The notes under the pieces: model-generated
Seen by the model: the letters and a program-made list of their open reading frames with translations, nothing else
What the model was told of the DNA's origin: nothing
Database searches by the model: none
DNA from: Macrostomum lignano
Taxonomy: Eukaryota
DNA length: 64,000 bases
Direction: 5' to 3'
Assembly (NCBI GenBank): GCA_002269645.1
Contig: NIVC01000001.1
Location: 62,001-126,000, forward strand
Shown here: positions 23,647 to 36,700 of the stretch, piece by piece
Layout of the letters: each line of letters opens with the position of its first letter
How positions within the stretch are numbered: position 1 is the stretch's first letter
Program-made: the position numbers and the translations under genes

Positions 23647-26600
23647 TCAGCTGAAATTGTTGCGCTGAAAGTGCGGCGCCGCCGGCTCGACCTCCGTGAT
23701 GCCTCCGCCGCCTCCGCTTCTGGCAGATTGGCCCGACCGCCTGGGGCCTACAAAAGTGACGGAGCCCTCATTGTTTGCACCATCGAATTCGTCGACGTCT
23801 TGTTGTTGCTGTTCGGAGAAGTCCCGGTTAGACGCCGGCGGGGGCGGCGGCGACGGACCCGAAGCCGCGGAGACGTTGCTGTCGTCTCTGGTCAAGCCGG
23901 CAACCACGATGGCGATGTCCTGGAGCATGCGGTGGATGCCGAGCAGCTCGGATCGGGTGCTGGATTCCAGTTTCTCAAGCCGAGCCTGCATTCTCAGCGC
24001 AGCTCTCTGCAGAGAGCGGACAATTTGATTGAGCAATACTGAGTGTAGTTGTGGCTCAACAGCCAAACTGTGGGTCAAGCTTAGCTAATATATTCAATGG
24101 ATACCACCAAAACTTCATCTAAAAAAGGACCTCCGTGATTCCAAGGGTCTGTAGGCTAGGATAAGTATCCAGTATCAAAGTGTCGACATCATGAGCATAG
24201 TTACTCGTGGTTTGGCTATTCAGTTTGAATTAGTAGGGGATTGTAGCCTAGTGGTTAGAGCGTCGGACTCACGACTGAAAGGTCAGGGGTTCGATTCTCG
24301 ACCCATGAGGAACAACATGTGTCCTTTAGCAAGACACTTAATTCTACATTGCTTCAGTTCACCCAGCTGTCAAGTGGGTGCCAGCATTAGCTGGGGTAAT
24401 TGAGGGTGCGTGTGGTGACCCCCCAGTCCTTGGACTCAACAGTCCAATAGCTGGGGATGAGCTGTCGGCTGCACATCTGCCGAATAGGGCAGGTGCAATA
24501 AAAATTGAATTTATGTACACGTCTTATCAGTTTAAATCCATTAACTTTTGATTTTTACTGGCAAGACACTTATAATAAAAGTGCGCTCAAACCCCTCACC
24601 TCCGCCATCTGACGAGTCTTTGTTTTGCGTTTCCTCTGCTGTCTCCTGGCTTCGCTCTCGTCGACGACAAGGTCGTTCTCGTCCGAGTCAGACTGCTCAA
24701 TCTCCCTTTCGTACAGGCGAGTGACTCTTTTTTGAATCTTTTTGACCATATCCTGCGGTTTCGAGAAAGGCTTTTTTTGTACTTCGTTGCAACTGCGAGC
24801 CAACTCAGTGATAAAAACTCTGCCCCCATTGTGAGAAGTGACAGAAACGGCAATGACTGAGAGAGCTCGATTTAAGTCAATGGCTATTGCTTCTAGGAAA
24901 ACTTGATTTTCTGAATCAACTTGAACTTTGGAGAATGAAAATAAGCGTGCTGAGTTCTCTTCGCGATGATCCCAGTTTCTATAGAGACTTGATGCGAGTG
25001 TAAAACTGTCAGCCTTGACAAATCAAGCAATGACTCACCCGAACTTCCAGAGTCGCCTTCTGCTGCTCCTCGACAGAGCTGCTCATTGTCACGTCGTCGT
25101 CGTAATGCAGCTTGAGTGGGTTGCATTCCTCTTTCAAATATTTGTGAAACTTCACCCGTTGAGACTTGCGCATTGATTCGTAGCAGTTGAGCAGAGTGAT
25201 CGCCTTCTGCATTGCGGCAGCCGGTTTGGCATTGTCGAATACGCTGTTTTGGCCGAAGATAAGTGAAATCAGAAGTCAGTGTGATGATAGTACATATATT
25301 TGAAAATGTCAACTTACGACTTGAACGTCTCCGACAATTGAGCAATGAACAGGTTGAGAAACAGAATGGCCGAGATGGCGAACCAGCAGCCGAGTATGAT
25401 TTGGGACGTGATCGGATCGATGTCCGCCATTTGCTGCAAGATTTATTGTTTCATAGATTTAATCTGCTGAGGTTGAATACTGTAATAGATTATTGGTTTG
25501 CGTTTAGAACCTCACTAAACCTCCCTTTCGCCCGGATTGATCGTGTTTTAATCTATGGGAATTTGCATAATATCTGTTCCAGAGACTCATATCTTTCTCA
25601 GTCTCTCGAAAGAGACCGCCCCCCTCATTCAATCAGAGCAGCAGGCAGGAACGGGAGTGATTTGCTCTCCTAAAATAATAATAATTGATTACACCTTCCC
25701 TAATGAGTAGTTGGTTGTGCAACCGACAGCTCAGCCGCAGCTGTTGCGCGGCGCATCTGAAGGGTGTTCAGTCCAAGGACTGGGAGGGTCGCCACACACA
25801 GCCTCAATTACCCCAGCTAATACTGGCACCAATTTTACAGCTGGGTGAATTGAAGCAATGCAGAGTTAAGTGTCCTGCTCAATCTGAAGTTGTGAGTCCG
25901 ACCGACCACTAGGCTAAAACCCCACTAGTATATAAATAATGCTCACGTCGTATTGATATTCATCAACGAGAGTCAGGCGGAACATCGAGAACGCGGTGCT
26001 GTAGAACGTTTCCATGTTCTCCACGGTGACCCGTTTGAAATTGTGCATGCTGTAGTTTTTCAGCGTCTTGGATGTCAAAATGTCGGCCTCTCGGAGGTTC
26101 TTATCGCCGCCAAGTATGGTCCAGAATATGCAGGCTGCGGGGGTGAGTCATTCGAGTTGGTCTGTTAGTCAACGGCAACACTCTATACAGCACACTGTTA
26201 AACATCTTTTAAAGTTCTGAAAGGACATCGGACTGCAGGACTGATCTCACTGCACGAAACACAGCCCAGGCAAACCCTCATTCATTCTTATGCTCCAATT
26301 GGGCAGATATGCAACCGACAGCTCAGCCGCAGCTATTGCGCGACGCATCTGAAGGCTGCGTACGGCTGTTCAGTCCAAGGACTGGGGGTCGCTGCACACA
26401 CCCTCAATTACCCCAGTTAATGCTGGCACCCATTTTACAGCAATGACTACTTAAGAAGAAGAAGAAGAAAAAGTGACTTCAGTGGTCCTTGTTTTACAGC
26501 TGGGTGAACTGAAGCAATGCAGAGTTAAGTGCATTGCTCAAGGGCACAAATTGTTCCAGCGGGATCGGGAATCGAACCCCCGACCTTCAAGTCGTGAGTC

Positions 26601-27559
26601 CGACGCCCATAACGGTCGAACCACTAGGCTACGCCCCCACTTCATTATTCATTCATTCTTCAAGCATACAGAAACTCCCGCTTCGGTAAGTTTACACGGA
26701 CGAGCGCCACTGATATCTCATATTTAAGAAAGCACGAACTCTCCGCGAAAGCAAATGATCAAAAACTGAGAATTCACTCACTGAACGGAATGAAGAACTC
26801 AAGGTAGAGCAGGAAAAACTTGGCCAAATCGCCCAGAATCATGCCCAGCATCACAATAAACGGGCCGAAAAACTCGAACGGTTTCACGTACTTCAGCAGC
26901 CGGATCCACAGAACAACAATGTTAAGCGCCATGATTCGGACGTGCCAGCGGGCCAACACGAGATTCCCTTCGCCGCCTGGCCAGAGAAATTCAGCGAAGT
27001 GCGAGATCAGCGAGGCCAGCAGGATGATGTAGCAGGCCCAGTCCAGGTAGTTCCACCAATCGTCAAAGTAGGAAATCAGCGACTTCTTGATTTCATCAAC
27101 CTCTTTGCGCAGGTATTTGCCCTCGTCATCGTGGCTCGGATGAACCAACTCCAAATCCTCTTCGATCAGCTTCAATTTCCACGTTTTCCAGGCCTGAAAG
27201 TGCGTGACACGGTAGCAAGCACTACACTCCCAGCAGGCAGCCACCTCACTCCCAGCAGGCAGCCACCTCACTCCCAGCAGGCAGCCACCTCACTCCCAGC
27301 AGGCAGCCACCTCACTCCCAGCAGGCAGCCACCTCACTCCCACCAGAAAGCCACCTCACTCCCAGCAGGCAGCCACCTCACTCCCAGCAGGCAGCCACCT
27401 CACTCCCAGCAGGCAGCCACCTCACTCCCAGCAGGCAGCCACCTCACTACTAAGGGCCGGCAGATACACACAATGTAGCGCATAGACATAATTGTACGCA
27501 TAAATGTACGCAATTTCCGGTATATAGGACCAAATGCACGCAAATGTACACAATGTACA

Positions 27560-27594
<35 letters not shown>

Positions 27595-27679
27595 AGGCGC
27601 ATCCTGCAGCGCATCCTGCAGCACCGATCGCCGCAGGCGATGGCGCCATCGGCAGGAAGCTCTTGCTGTGAATACGCCT

Positions 27680-27716
<37 letters not shown>

Positions 27717-30700
27717 TGTACATTGTGTACATTTGCGTACATTTGGTCCTATATACCGGAAATTGCGAAATTGCGTAAAAAGGATGCGTACATTTATGCG
27801 TACAATTATGTCTATGCGCTACATTGTGTGTAGTTCGTTGCCCTGCGTTTGTAAATACAGTTTAGCCCGTGCACTGCATTGATGCCTACTTTTGTGTTAG
27901 GTACCTGCTTTTTATTAAATACACTGCACCAAAAGCAACTTTAATCGGTACATACTGTGTTTTTGTAGAGGTGCCGGTATGCTTTTTAATACATATGTCT
28001 TTAGTGTAATTTGGTGTGCTTCTTCAACTTGGCTCGCGAATCTTGCACTATGGCTCTCTAGTGGAAAGTACTCTTACTTGTGCTGGTTGCGGGTGATTTT
28101 AAGGCTTTCTGCTTGACTTCTTTAGTTTACTTGATGGTTAAATGAGGAGTGGGAGCTGACGCGCCTACCTCGGGGGGAGGAATGCAGCCCCGCGGTCTGA
28201 TGCAGCGCTTTCTGTTACCCCTCTCCGTCCGCACTGTACTTGGTCTCCGCTAGGATCACCCCTTGGGGTTAAGAGTGGGCGGGTCCTTTGTACTCGACCC
28301 TGGGTTAAAAACTCACATTTGGAGGCTCTGGGGAGAGTTGCAGTGGAGTTCAACAAATTTCTGATAAGATCTCTTGCGGGGGCATGACACTCGTCTCGAA
28401 ATAATAAAAACCTGAACAAGTGCTGGATGCCCTTACTAGTTGGCGGGTTGTTACCTCTACAATTGTGTACTATTTCTGTCAATATTTTCCCCTGCATTAT
28501 GTCAATATGTGCTACAGGGTGTCATAATATGATACTTTTACGCACTAATATGTACACTCGTATCATAATTTTCCTGCATTGTGTCTGCTTCTACATCTAC
28601 GATGTGTGTATTTTAACCTATCCCCCGATATATAATATGTGCCCGCGATGTGTGGTAATATGCCGAAATGTACATGTACAAAATCAATAGTGTGTATATA
28701 CGTCTGCATCGTTTTTGTCTATGTTTTAATAATATACACCTGCATTATACTGGCTTTCCATATGAGTGGCAACTCCTTTGTAACCTACAATTCGTTGGCT
28801 CAGTGTTAGTGGTATTTTGTAATTAAATTACTACGTCTAAATGTTGTATTATTATTGAATTCAATTATTATTGAATTTCACTCCTCATGTGCTAGGGAGG
28901 TCTAATTGTAATATAATCTTGCTATTAATCTACCATCTCTACTGTAAGTAGACTGTGACTTAGTGTCTGGGCTCGAGTTGTGTACTCTTTGTATGAATGC
29001 ATTCTTGGTGTGTAACTCCTGACCATCCCTTCCCTCTGGGAGCACTGCAGGTAGACTAGTATGGCTTGGTATTCAGGGCTGGCGTGTGCACGTAATACTC
29101 TGTAATATTTACCGGACTCGGGTGGGGAAGCTCGCTGTACGGCTCTCTCCGTGGGGTGTGATTCACCGCCTCTCTGTCCCGCGCCTCCTGCCAGGGCAGC
29201 TCTCTGTCCCTCCGCGGGGGTGACTTACACACTGCCTCTCTGTCCCGCGCCGCGTGCTGCGACATGCCGGGTAGCGTCCTCTATCTCCTACTGCCTCCAC
29301 GCACTCTCTGTCCCCCTCCTGCTACAGGAGGGCTGGTTGCTCGCTGTACAGGGCAGCGTCAGCATCTGGGTTTCCTTCCTGCACCGTCTACCCCACCACT
29401 ATACTGACTAACCGCATGCACACGACATTGGTGGGAGGGGCGGAGTTCCCCACTGACGGGTGTACACCTACTCGACGCTGAAGGTACACTTGCTGAAAGC
29501 CCACCTTGTCAGATGTACACTTGCTGAACACCCATCCTGTCAGATGTACACTCGCTGGACGCCCACCCTGCCGGATGTACACCCCGGGTGACTAATTCGC
29601 TTACTTTTCTATTAAAATACTTGCCATTTATTATGTCTGCTTTTTATTCAATTTTATATGGTTTGAAGGTTTATTTTGCTGTAATACCTAGTTTCTTATA
29701 AAAATCTACTCTCGACGATGGTTGTATTGGCTATTTCATTAAAATAACCTGCTTTTGAATAAAACGTTGTATTTAAGCCTCCAGTTTTTTTTCAAAATTA
29801 TAATGGAAACCCTCCCGACACCCCTGGAACCTCCTCGAGCAGCTTACATAGAGCTTGCAGACCCTCGAAACCCCTCTAGTGTGCCCTGATTTCAGCGGTC
29901 TAGAGGTTAACATCTGAATTTTTACACTATATTTTCCTTACATACAGCAATACAGGAGGGTTTGGAAGAGTGAGTCTGGCGGGAGAGGGGGCTTGTGGGA
30001 TGATGAGGATGTGTTCACTGTTTAGCAGTTTTAGCCTACCTTTTGGGCTAATATGCTTACTATTATTACTACTATTATACCTACTATGTACATACTATTA
30101 TACTACCCACTATTAAATATGCGGCACTAAAACCAACTTTTGATAATACATAGCGTGTTTTGGTGGATTCTCCCTCACGTCTCTGTCCCTACACATGTGC
30201 TTTTTAGTATTCTCTGTTTGTGTACCTCTCTGTAACGTCTCTGTACGCTCAGACTGGTTTCTCCGTCCCCGCGCGCGCCTCTACTAAAGTTTGCGGTTAC
30301 CTACCCCTACACACTGCTCTCTGTCTCCCTCCGCGCACACCTCTCTGCCCTTGCATGCAACTTGCATGTCTACTCCCCTGTCCTGCCCTCGCGTGGGTCC
30401 CTGTCTATACATAGCTACCAGACCCTACCTCTCTCTGTGCCTTGCTCGCAACTCTGTCCCAGGCCCCCCTTCATACTTCTCTGTCCCGGGCTGCAACTGG
30501 CTGACACGCGCCTCTCTGTTCCCCAGCCTGCGTGGCTGCCTACCCCTGCACACTGCTCTCTGTCCCCCTCCGCGCCTCTCTATCATCCTATTCCTGCAGC
30601 TGACCGTGCCGTTCAGCTCTGTCCACGCACGGCTCCACCCCTGCCCGTGTCTCACTGTACCGCCCTGTGTGGCTCTCTTACCCTGCGCGTTTGCTCCCCA

Positions 30701-33700
30701 TCTCCCTCCTGCTCCATATGTTTCTGTTCCCTCACACTACGCACACGTGGCTGGCTCTCTGTCCAAACACATCTCTGCTCCTCCACTCTATCCTCGCGTG
30801 GCCCCTTGACGGTTCGCATGCCCCTGCATACCCTGCCTGCCTCTCTGTCCCCTGCAACTGGGGAGGGAGCTCTCTATCCTCTGTATGGCTTTCTCTGTGG
30901 GGTGTGTGTGACTCACACTACCTCTCTGTCCTAGCATGCGCCTCTCTATCCGGCTCCTGTAGCAGGCTGTGTTGTTCACATCTCTTTCCACCCACCCTCT
31001 GCCCGTACACGCTCAGTGTACAGGGCTGCGTCAGCATCGGGGTTAAAACTTCTCGCTCCCTATGCTTCAACAGTATAACAACCTAGTGGCTGGTTCTCTG
31101 TCCACCCACCCCTCTCTGCCCGTACACTCTCACTGTACAGGGCTGCGTCAGCGTTAGGGTTGAAACTTCTCGCTCCCTATACCCCACAACCGTGTAGTGT
31201 CCTAGTATGGGCGCGACCTGGGTTCGATTTCGCTAGTTGAGATGTAGGTGAGAGAGGGGAAGAGGCCCGTATCGATGACTACATATCGGTGTACACACAT
31301 ATCGGGAGAGTGTACACTCGGGGCGCCTGCTGCATACATATCGGTGTACATATAGGGAGAGTGCGCATACATATCGGGAGGGGCGCCTGAGGTGGGGAGG
31401 GCGCCTGCGGCATACATGTCGGGGGAGGGCGCGTGCGGCGGGGAGGGGCGCCTGCGGCATGGACGCCTGCTGCTCTGGAGGGTGCGCTTGGGATCTGATT
31501 GATTTGGGATCTGATTGATTTGGGATCTGATTGATTTATTGGGATCTAATATCGGTAGGTGCGCCTGCGGCTGGGGAGGGTCGCCTGCGGCTGGACGGCG
31601 CTTGGCGCCACGCGCCTACGGCGCGCGCGCGCCGAGCGCCGATATCGATACGGGTATCGATCACCTAGTGATCGGGGCGCCAGCCAATGAGAGGCGAGGA
31701 GGGTTGACACCCACCCCACCTCCAAAATCAACCCATCTGCCGGCCCTTAGTAGTCACCTCACTCCCAGCAGACAGCCACCTCACTCCCAGCAGACAGCCA
31801 CCTCACTCCCAGCAGACAGCCACCTCACTCCCAGCAGGCAGCCACCTCACTCCCAGCAGGCAGCCACCTCACTCCCAGCAGACAGCCACCTCACTCCCAG
31901 CAGGCAGCCACCTCACTCCCAGCAGGCAGCCACCTCACTCCCAGCAGGCAGCCACCTCACTCCCAGCAGGCAGCCACCTCACTCCCAGCAGACAGCCACC
32001 TCACTCCCAGCAGGCAGCCACCTCACTCCCAGCAGACAGCCACCTCACTCCCAGCAGACAGCCACCTCACTCCCAGCAGGCAGCCACCTCACTCCCACCA
32101 GAAAGCCACCTCACTCCCAGCAGACAGCCACCTCACTCCCAGCAGGCAGCCACCTCACTCCCACCAGAAAGCCACCTCACTCCCAGCAGGCAGCCACCTC
32201 ACTCCCAGCAGGCAGCCACCTCACTCCCAGCAGGCAGCCACCTCACTCCCACCAGAAAGCCACCTCACTTCATAAAGCATTCCTATATAAGGCTTGACTG
32301 ACTCACCTCGTGGCGTCGACGAGACCGAACGATTTCCCTGATCTCTTCAATAATCAGGCAGGCCGTAATTACAATGGCTCCAATCTGGAAAGATGTCAAA
32401 GTAATAGAAATTAATGAGGAATTTATTAACAAACAAAGGTTTAAACTGCATGACGCACCAGGACGGCCACTCGATATCCTTCCCGAGGAAAGTCGTATTC
32501 ATGCCGCTGAGTCCACTCTTTGTCCACGGCGAATATTGTCCAGAGTATGATGTTGATCAGTTGGAGAATAATCTGGCCAATGGCTCGGATTCTAAAGGTG
32601 AGAATTGTAGTTTTTTATATGATTTCAGATTTGAAAAGTTTATCAGTCAAGCACAGTCGAAGCCACGCATACGGTGGCAAGACACTGCGAATTGGGTTGG
32701 GCCATTCGTCTCAAGGTCTGTGTACTGGGTTTGGGCCATCCGACTCAAGGACTGTGTACTGGGTTGGGCCATCCGACTCAAGGACTGTGTACTGGGTTGG
32801 GCCATCCGACTCAAGGACTGTGTACTGGGTTTGGGCCATCCGCTTCAAGGTCTGTGTACTGGGTTTAGGCCATCCGCTTCAAGACTGTGTACTGGGTTAG
32901 GCCATCCGACTCAAGGACTGTGTACTGGGTTGGGCCATCCGCTTCAAGGACTGTGTACTGGGTTGGGCCATCCGCTTCAAGGACTGTGTACTGGGTTGGG
33001 CCATCCGACTTAAGGACTGTGTACTGGGTTGGGCCATCCGACTCAAGGACTGTGTACTGGGTTTGGGCCATCCGACTCAAGGACTGTGTACTGGGTTTGG
33101 GCCATCCGACTCAAGGACTGTGTACTGGGTTGGGCCATCCGCTTCAAGGACTGTGTACTGGGTTGGGCCATCCGACTCAAGGTCTGTGTACTGGGTTGGG
33201 CCATCCGCTTCAAGGACTGTGTACTGGGTTGGGCCATCCGACTCAAGGACTGTGTACTGGGTTGGGCCATCCGCTTCAAGGACTGTGTACTGGATTGGGC
33301 CATCCGACTCAAGGTCTGTGTACTGGGTTGGGCCATCCGACTCAAGGACTGTGTATACATGTAACTGGGTTGGGCCATCCGCTTTAAGGATTGTGTACTG
33401 GGTTGGGCCACCCGGCTCAAGGACTGTGTATAAACTGGGTTGGGCCATCCGCTTCAAGGACTGGGTACTGGGTTGTGGGCCATCCGTCTCAAAACCAATG
33501 AAAGCATAAGCAAAGCAGTGGTAGCGGGTTAACCAGGTTAAAAAACAAGTTAAATTGTCTGCAAAAATGTTAACAATAAAACAAACGCATCGATATTTGC
33601 AAACAGAAACCAATAGCATTAAGGCTTATGCATTCGTTCAAGCAAAAATATAAAAATGTCTTATCATGATTATAAAGCAAATGTGAGAACCATTTTCCAA

Positions 33701-36700
33701 GATTAGGATTTTGTTAGATTTTATGATTCAACCATTTTGTATTAACTGTTTGCAACCAGGCTCAGACCTTCCGAACTGCGTCCACTGCACCCCAAGCATG
33801 GCACTGATCACTGTGGAGTCAATCACTTGATAGTTGCTTGTCTCTATGATGGCTTTTAACTGAAAGTGAAAAAAAATGTGTTTTTACTGCTTCCATTATT
33901 CAGGCCTTTCCAAGCCGGAGAAACAATATTAAACTCAATTTCAAATTAAAGTACACTTAAGAGGAAAAATTGAAATGTGTCTTTAGGTTTACCACACAAT
34001 AGCTCTGCAATGGGTTGATTGGTTGGATTCAATGCTGGTTCAGTATGCAGCTCAAGTTGCACACGGATTGTTCAAGAAGTCAGTTTTCTAGTAATAAATT
34101 TTCATGCAACACCCAAGGACTGCTCAAGTAGACGGACGGAAGCCTAATTTTCTTGGAAAATGACCGAAATGTTCATCTTTTGATATGTCTTGCATTTCTT
34201 ATAGCTCTATTGATATTCTTGGCTCTGCTCGTGCAATTAACGCCCTTGAAGGCCAACCCCCAAGGCACAGTGAAGTGTACATGCCTAACGATAAATAAAG
34301 TTAGGGCCCCTGTACACTCCTGTGTGATGAGTGTGTGCCTGTGCGCTTGTGTGCCTGCTCAGGGAAGTCGGCGGAATGGGCAGTAATGCCTCTCGCCGGT
34401 TGTGTGACGTACAATGTCGCTTACAGTGCGCCAGGGTGCACGCGCCCTCGTGCCTCTGATGAAAAAGTTGCAAAAATGTATTTAAAAAAACCCTAATTGA
34501 AATCCGACACTTGCACCCGAACTCTACTCGACCGAAACAGTAGTGTATTAAGCGTGTTCTTTCGCAGCTTATAGATTCACTCACAGCCGAGTGGTAGGCG
34601 ACCCGCACAACCTCCTGCTTTCCTTTGGTGTCGACACCTTCGTCAGCCCCGGTGGACTCCACCTGCCTGGGGTCGAGTCGGAACAGGTCAAGCTTCTGCT
34701 TGCGCTCGATGCGATAGGTTTTGTTCAACTGCGCCAGAGCGGTATCGGCCTTGCATAGCGATTGAAGGTTGAGGGCGCGGTAAGTCTAAGCGAACTTGTT
34801 GACATCGAGTTGAGACATTCTAAGAATTAAAATTTGAAGCCTCGTCTCTTACCAGGGGCGGCATCTTCTTGATCAGCGGTACGAAAGCAATCTGGCCGGT
34901 TTTGTCCTGGACAAACGCGTCGCAGTTGTGTTCCAGAAGGAGAGCGGCAGTCTCGCTGCGGTCTGCGGCGCGGTTCGAGTTTAATTGGGCTGTTGGACTT
35001 TTTCCTGCCAGCTTAGCGTCTGTGTCTTATTGTCCTAGTGTGTGTCTGTCTATGTGTCTCATTGTCCTAGTGTGTGTCTGTCTATGTGTCATATTGTCCT
35101 TGTGTGTGTCTGTCTATGTGTCTCATTGTCCTAGTGTGGGTCTGTCTATGTGTCTCATAGTCCTAGTGTGTGTCTGTCTATGTGTCTTATTGTCCTGGTG
35201 TGTCTGTCTATGTGTCTTATTGTCCTAGTGTGTGTCTGTCTATGTGTCTTATTGTCCTAGTGTGTGTCTGTCTATGTGTCTCATAGTCCTAGTGTGTGTG
35301 TGTCTATGTGTCTCATAGTCCTAGTGTGTGTCTGTCTATGTGTCTTATTGTCCTGGTGTGTCTGTCTATGTGTCTCATTGTCCTGATGTGGTTGTCTATG
35401 TATCTTATTGTCCGTAGCAGTGTTAGATTCTGGCTATTTAAGTTTGTCTGTCTTAGTATTTCTTGTCAGGGGGGTGGTAGCCCAATGGTCTAGATCAACG
35501 CTCTCAATGTGCCAGCGGCCCAGCCTCGATTCCCAGTGCAGTCACATTAATTTGGGACTAAGTTGGAATCTCGGCAATTAACGCCCTTGGGAGTTAGCAC
35601 AGTGAAGTGTACATGCCTAACGGTAAATAAAGTTAGGGCCTCTGTACACTCCTGTGTGAGTGTATGCCTGTGCGTATGACTGCGTACGTATCCGCGCGCT
35701 TGTGTGCCTGCTCAGGGGAGTCGGCGGAACAGGCAGTAAGGCCTCTCGCCGGTTGCGTGAAAATGTCGCTTAAAGTGCGCCAGGGTGTACACGGCCTCCA
35801 ACTAAAAACAAAACCAACCCAGCTCGCAGGCGGCGAACAGAGGCGTCCTCTGCCTCTCGTCCCTCTCTTCCATTTCGCAGCCCAGCTTAATCAGGGCCCG
35901 CAGTGCCCTGGTCGAGTCGGTCTTGGCTGCAAAGAACAAAGGCGTCTGGCCGTTGTTGGCGCGGGCCTCCTTGTCGGCGCCGAGTTGCACCAGGGTGCGG
36001 CACATCTCCGGGTAGTCGTAGGCGGCGGCCACGTGCAGCGGAGTCCAGCCGAAGTCGTCGGCAGCGCGGACGTTGGCCCCGCTTCGCACCATCTGCTCGG
36101 CGACTTGGGGACTCCAGTTGAGCGCCACCTCGTGCAGGACGGTCTGGCCGTGGGTGTCGCGCCAATTGAGGTCGGCGCCCCGATGCAGCAGGTCGACGAT
36201 GACGTCAATGTCGAGCTTTTCGGTGTACAAGTCGCTTTCGCAGTTGCTGGCTTTGATGAAGTAGCGCATGAGACAGCGGCTCAGGTCGGCCCGGCTCGTC
36301 AGGTCCGTCATGTCTTTGCCGAATAGTCGAATATTTGTTGCGCCTTTTTTCGGCGCTTCCTCTTTTAGGATGGAGCAGCAGGTGGCTGTGTCGAGTGCGG
36401 TTGGGATTGGGAGAAGCGATTAGAACAAAGGAGAGCCTATCAATGAAACGAGACCTAGTCTAAGAAGGCCAAAAGGGTGGCACTGTTGAGAGTTGCTCGA
36501 TCTACTCCAGGGGTTTGGCGAACTTTTTACCTCAAGGGACATTTGGAGAATCCAGCGCATGACTGCGGGCCAGAGGAAGGGAAAGAGAAGAGGGAATAGA
36601 AGAGAAAAGAGAAGAGGAGAGATGATAGAAAGCACAAGAGAAGGGAGAGAAGAGAACGGAGAACGGAGAAGGAGAGGAGAGAAGAGAGCTGAGAAGAGCC

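Noticed and set aside
24236-24310. tRNA gene
   Set aside because: The acceptor stem does not close and the sequence continues into a repeated SINE body
27445-27465. CACTA/Transib assignment of the 4.3 kb element from the leading CACTA
   Set aside because: The right end reads AGTAGTC, not TAGTG; the C is better explained as part of a 6-bp TSD
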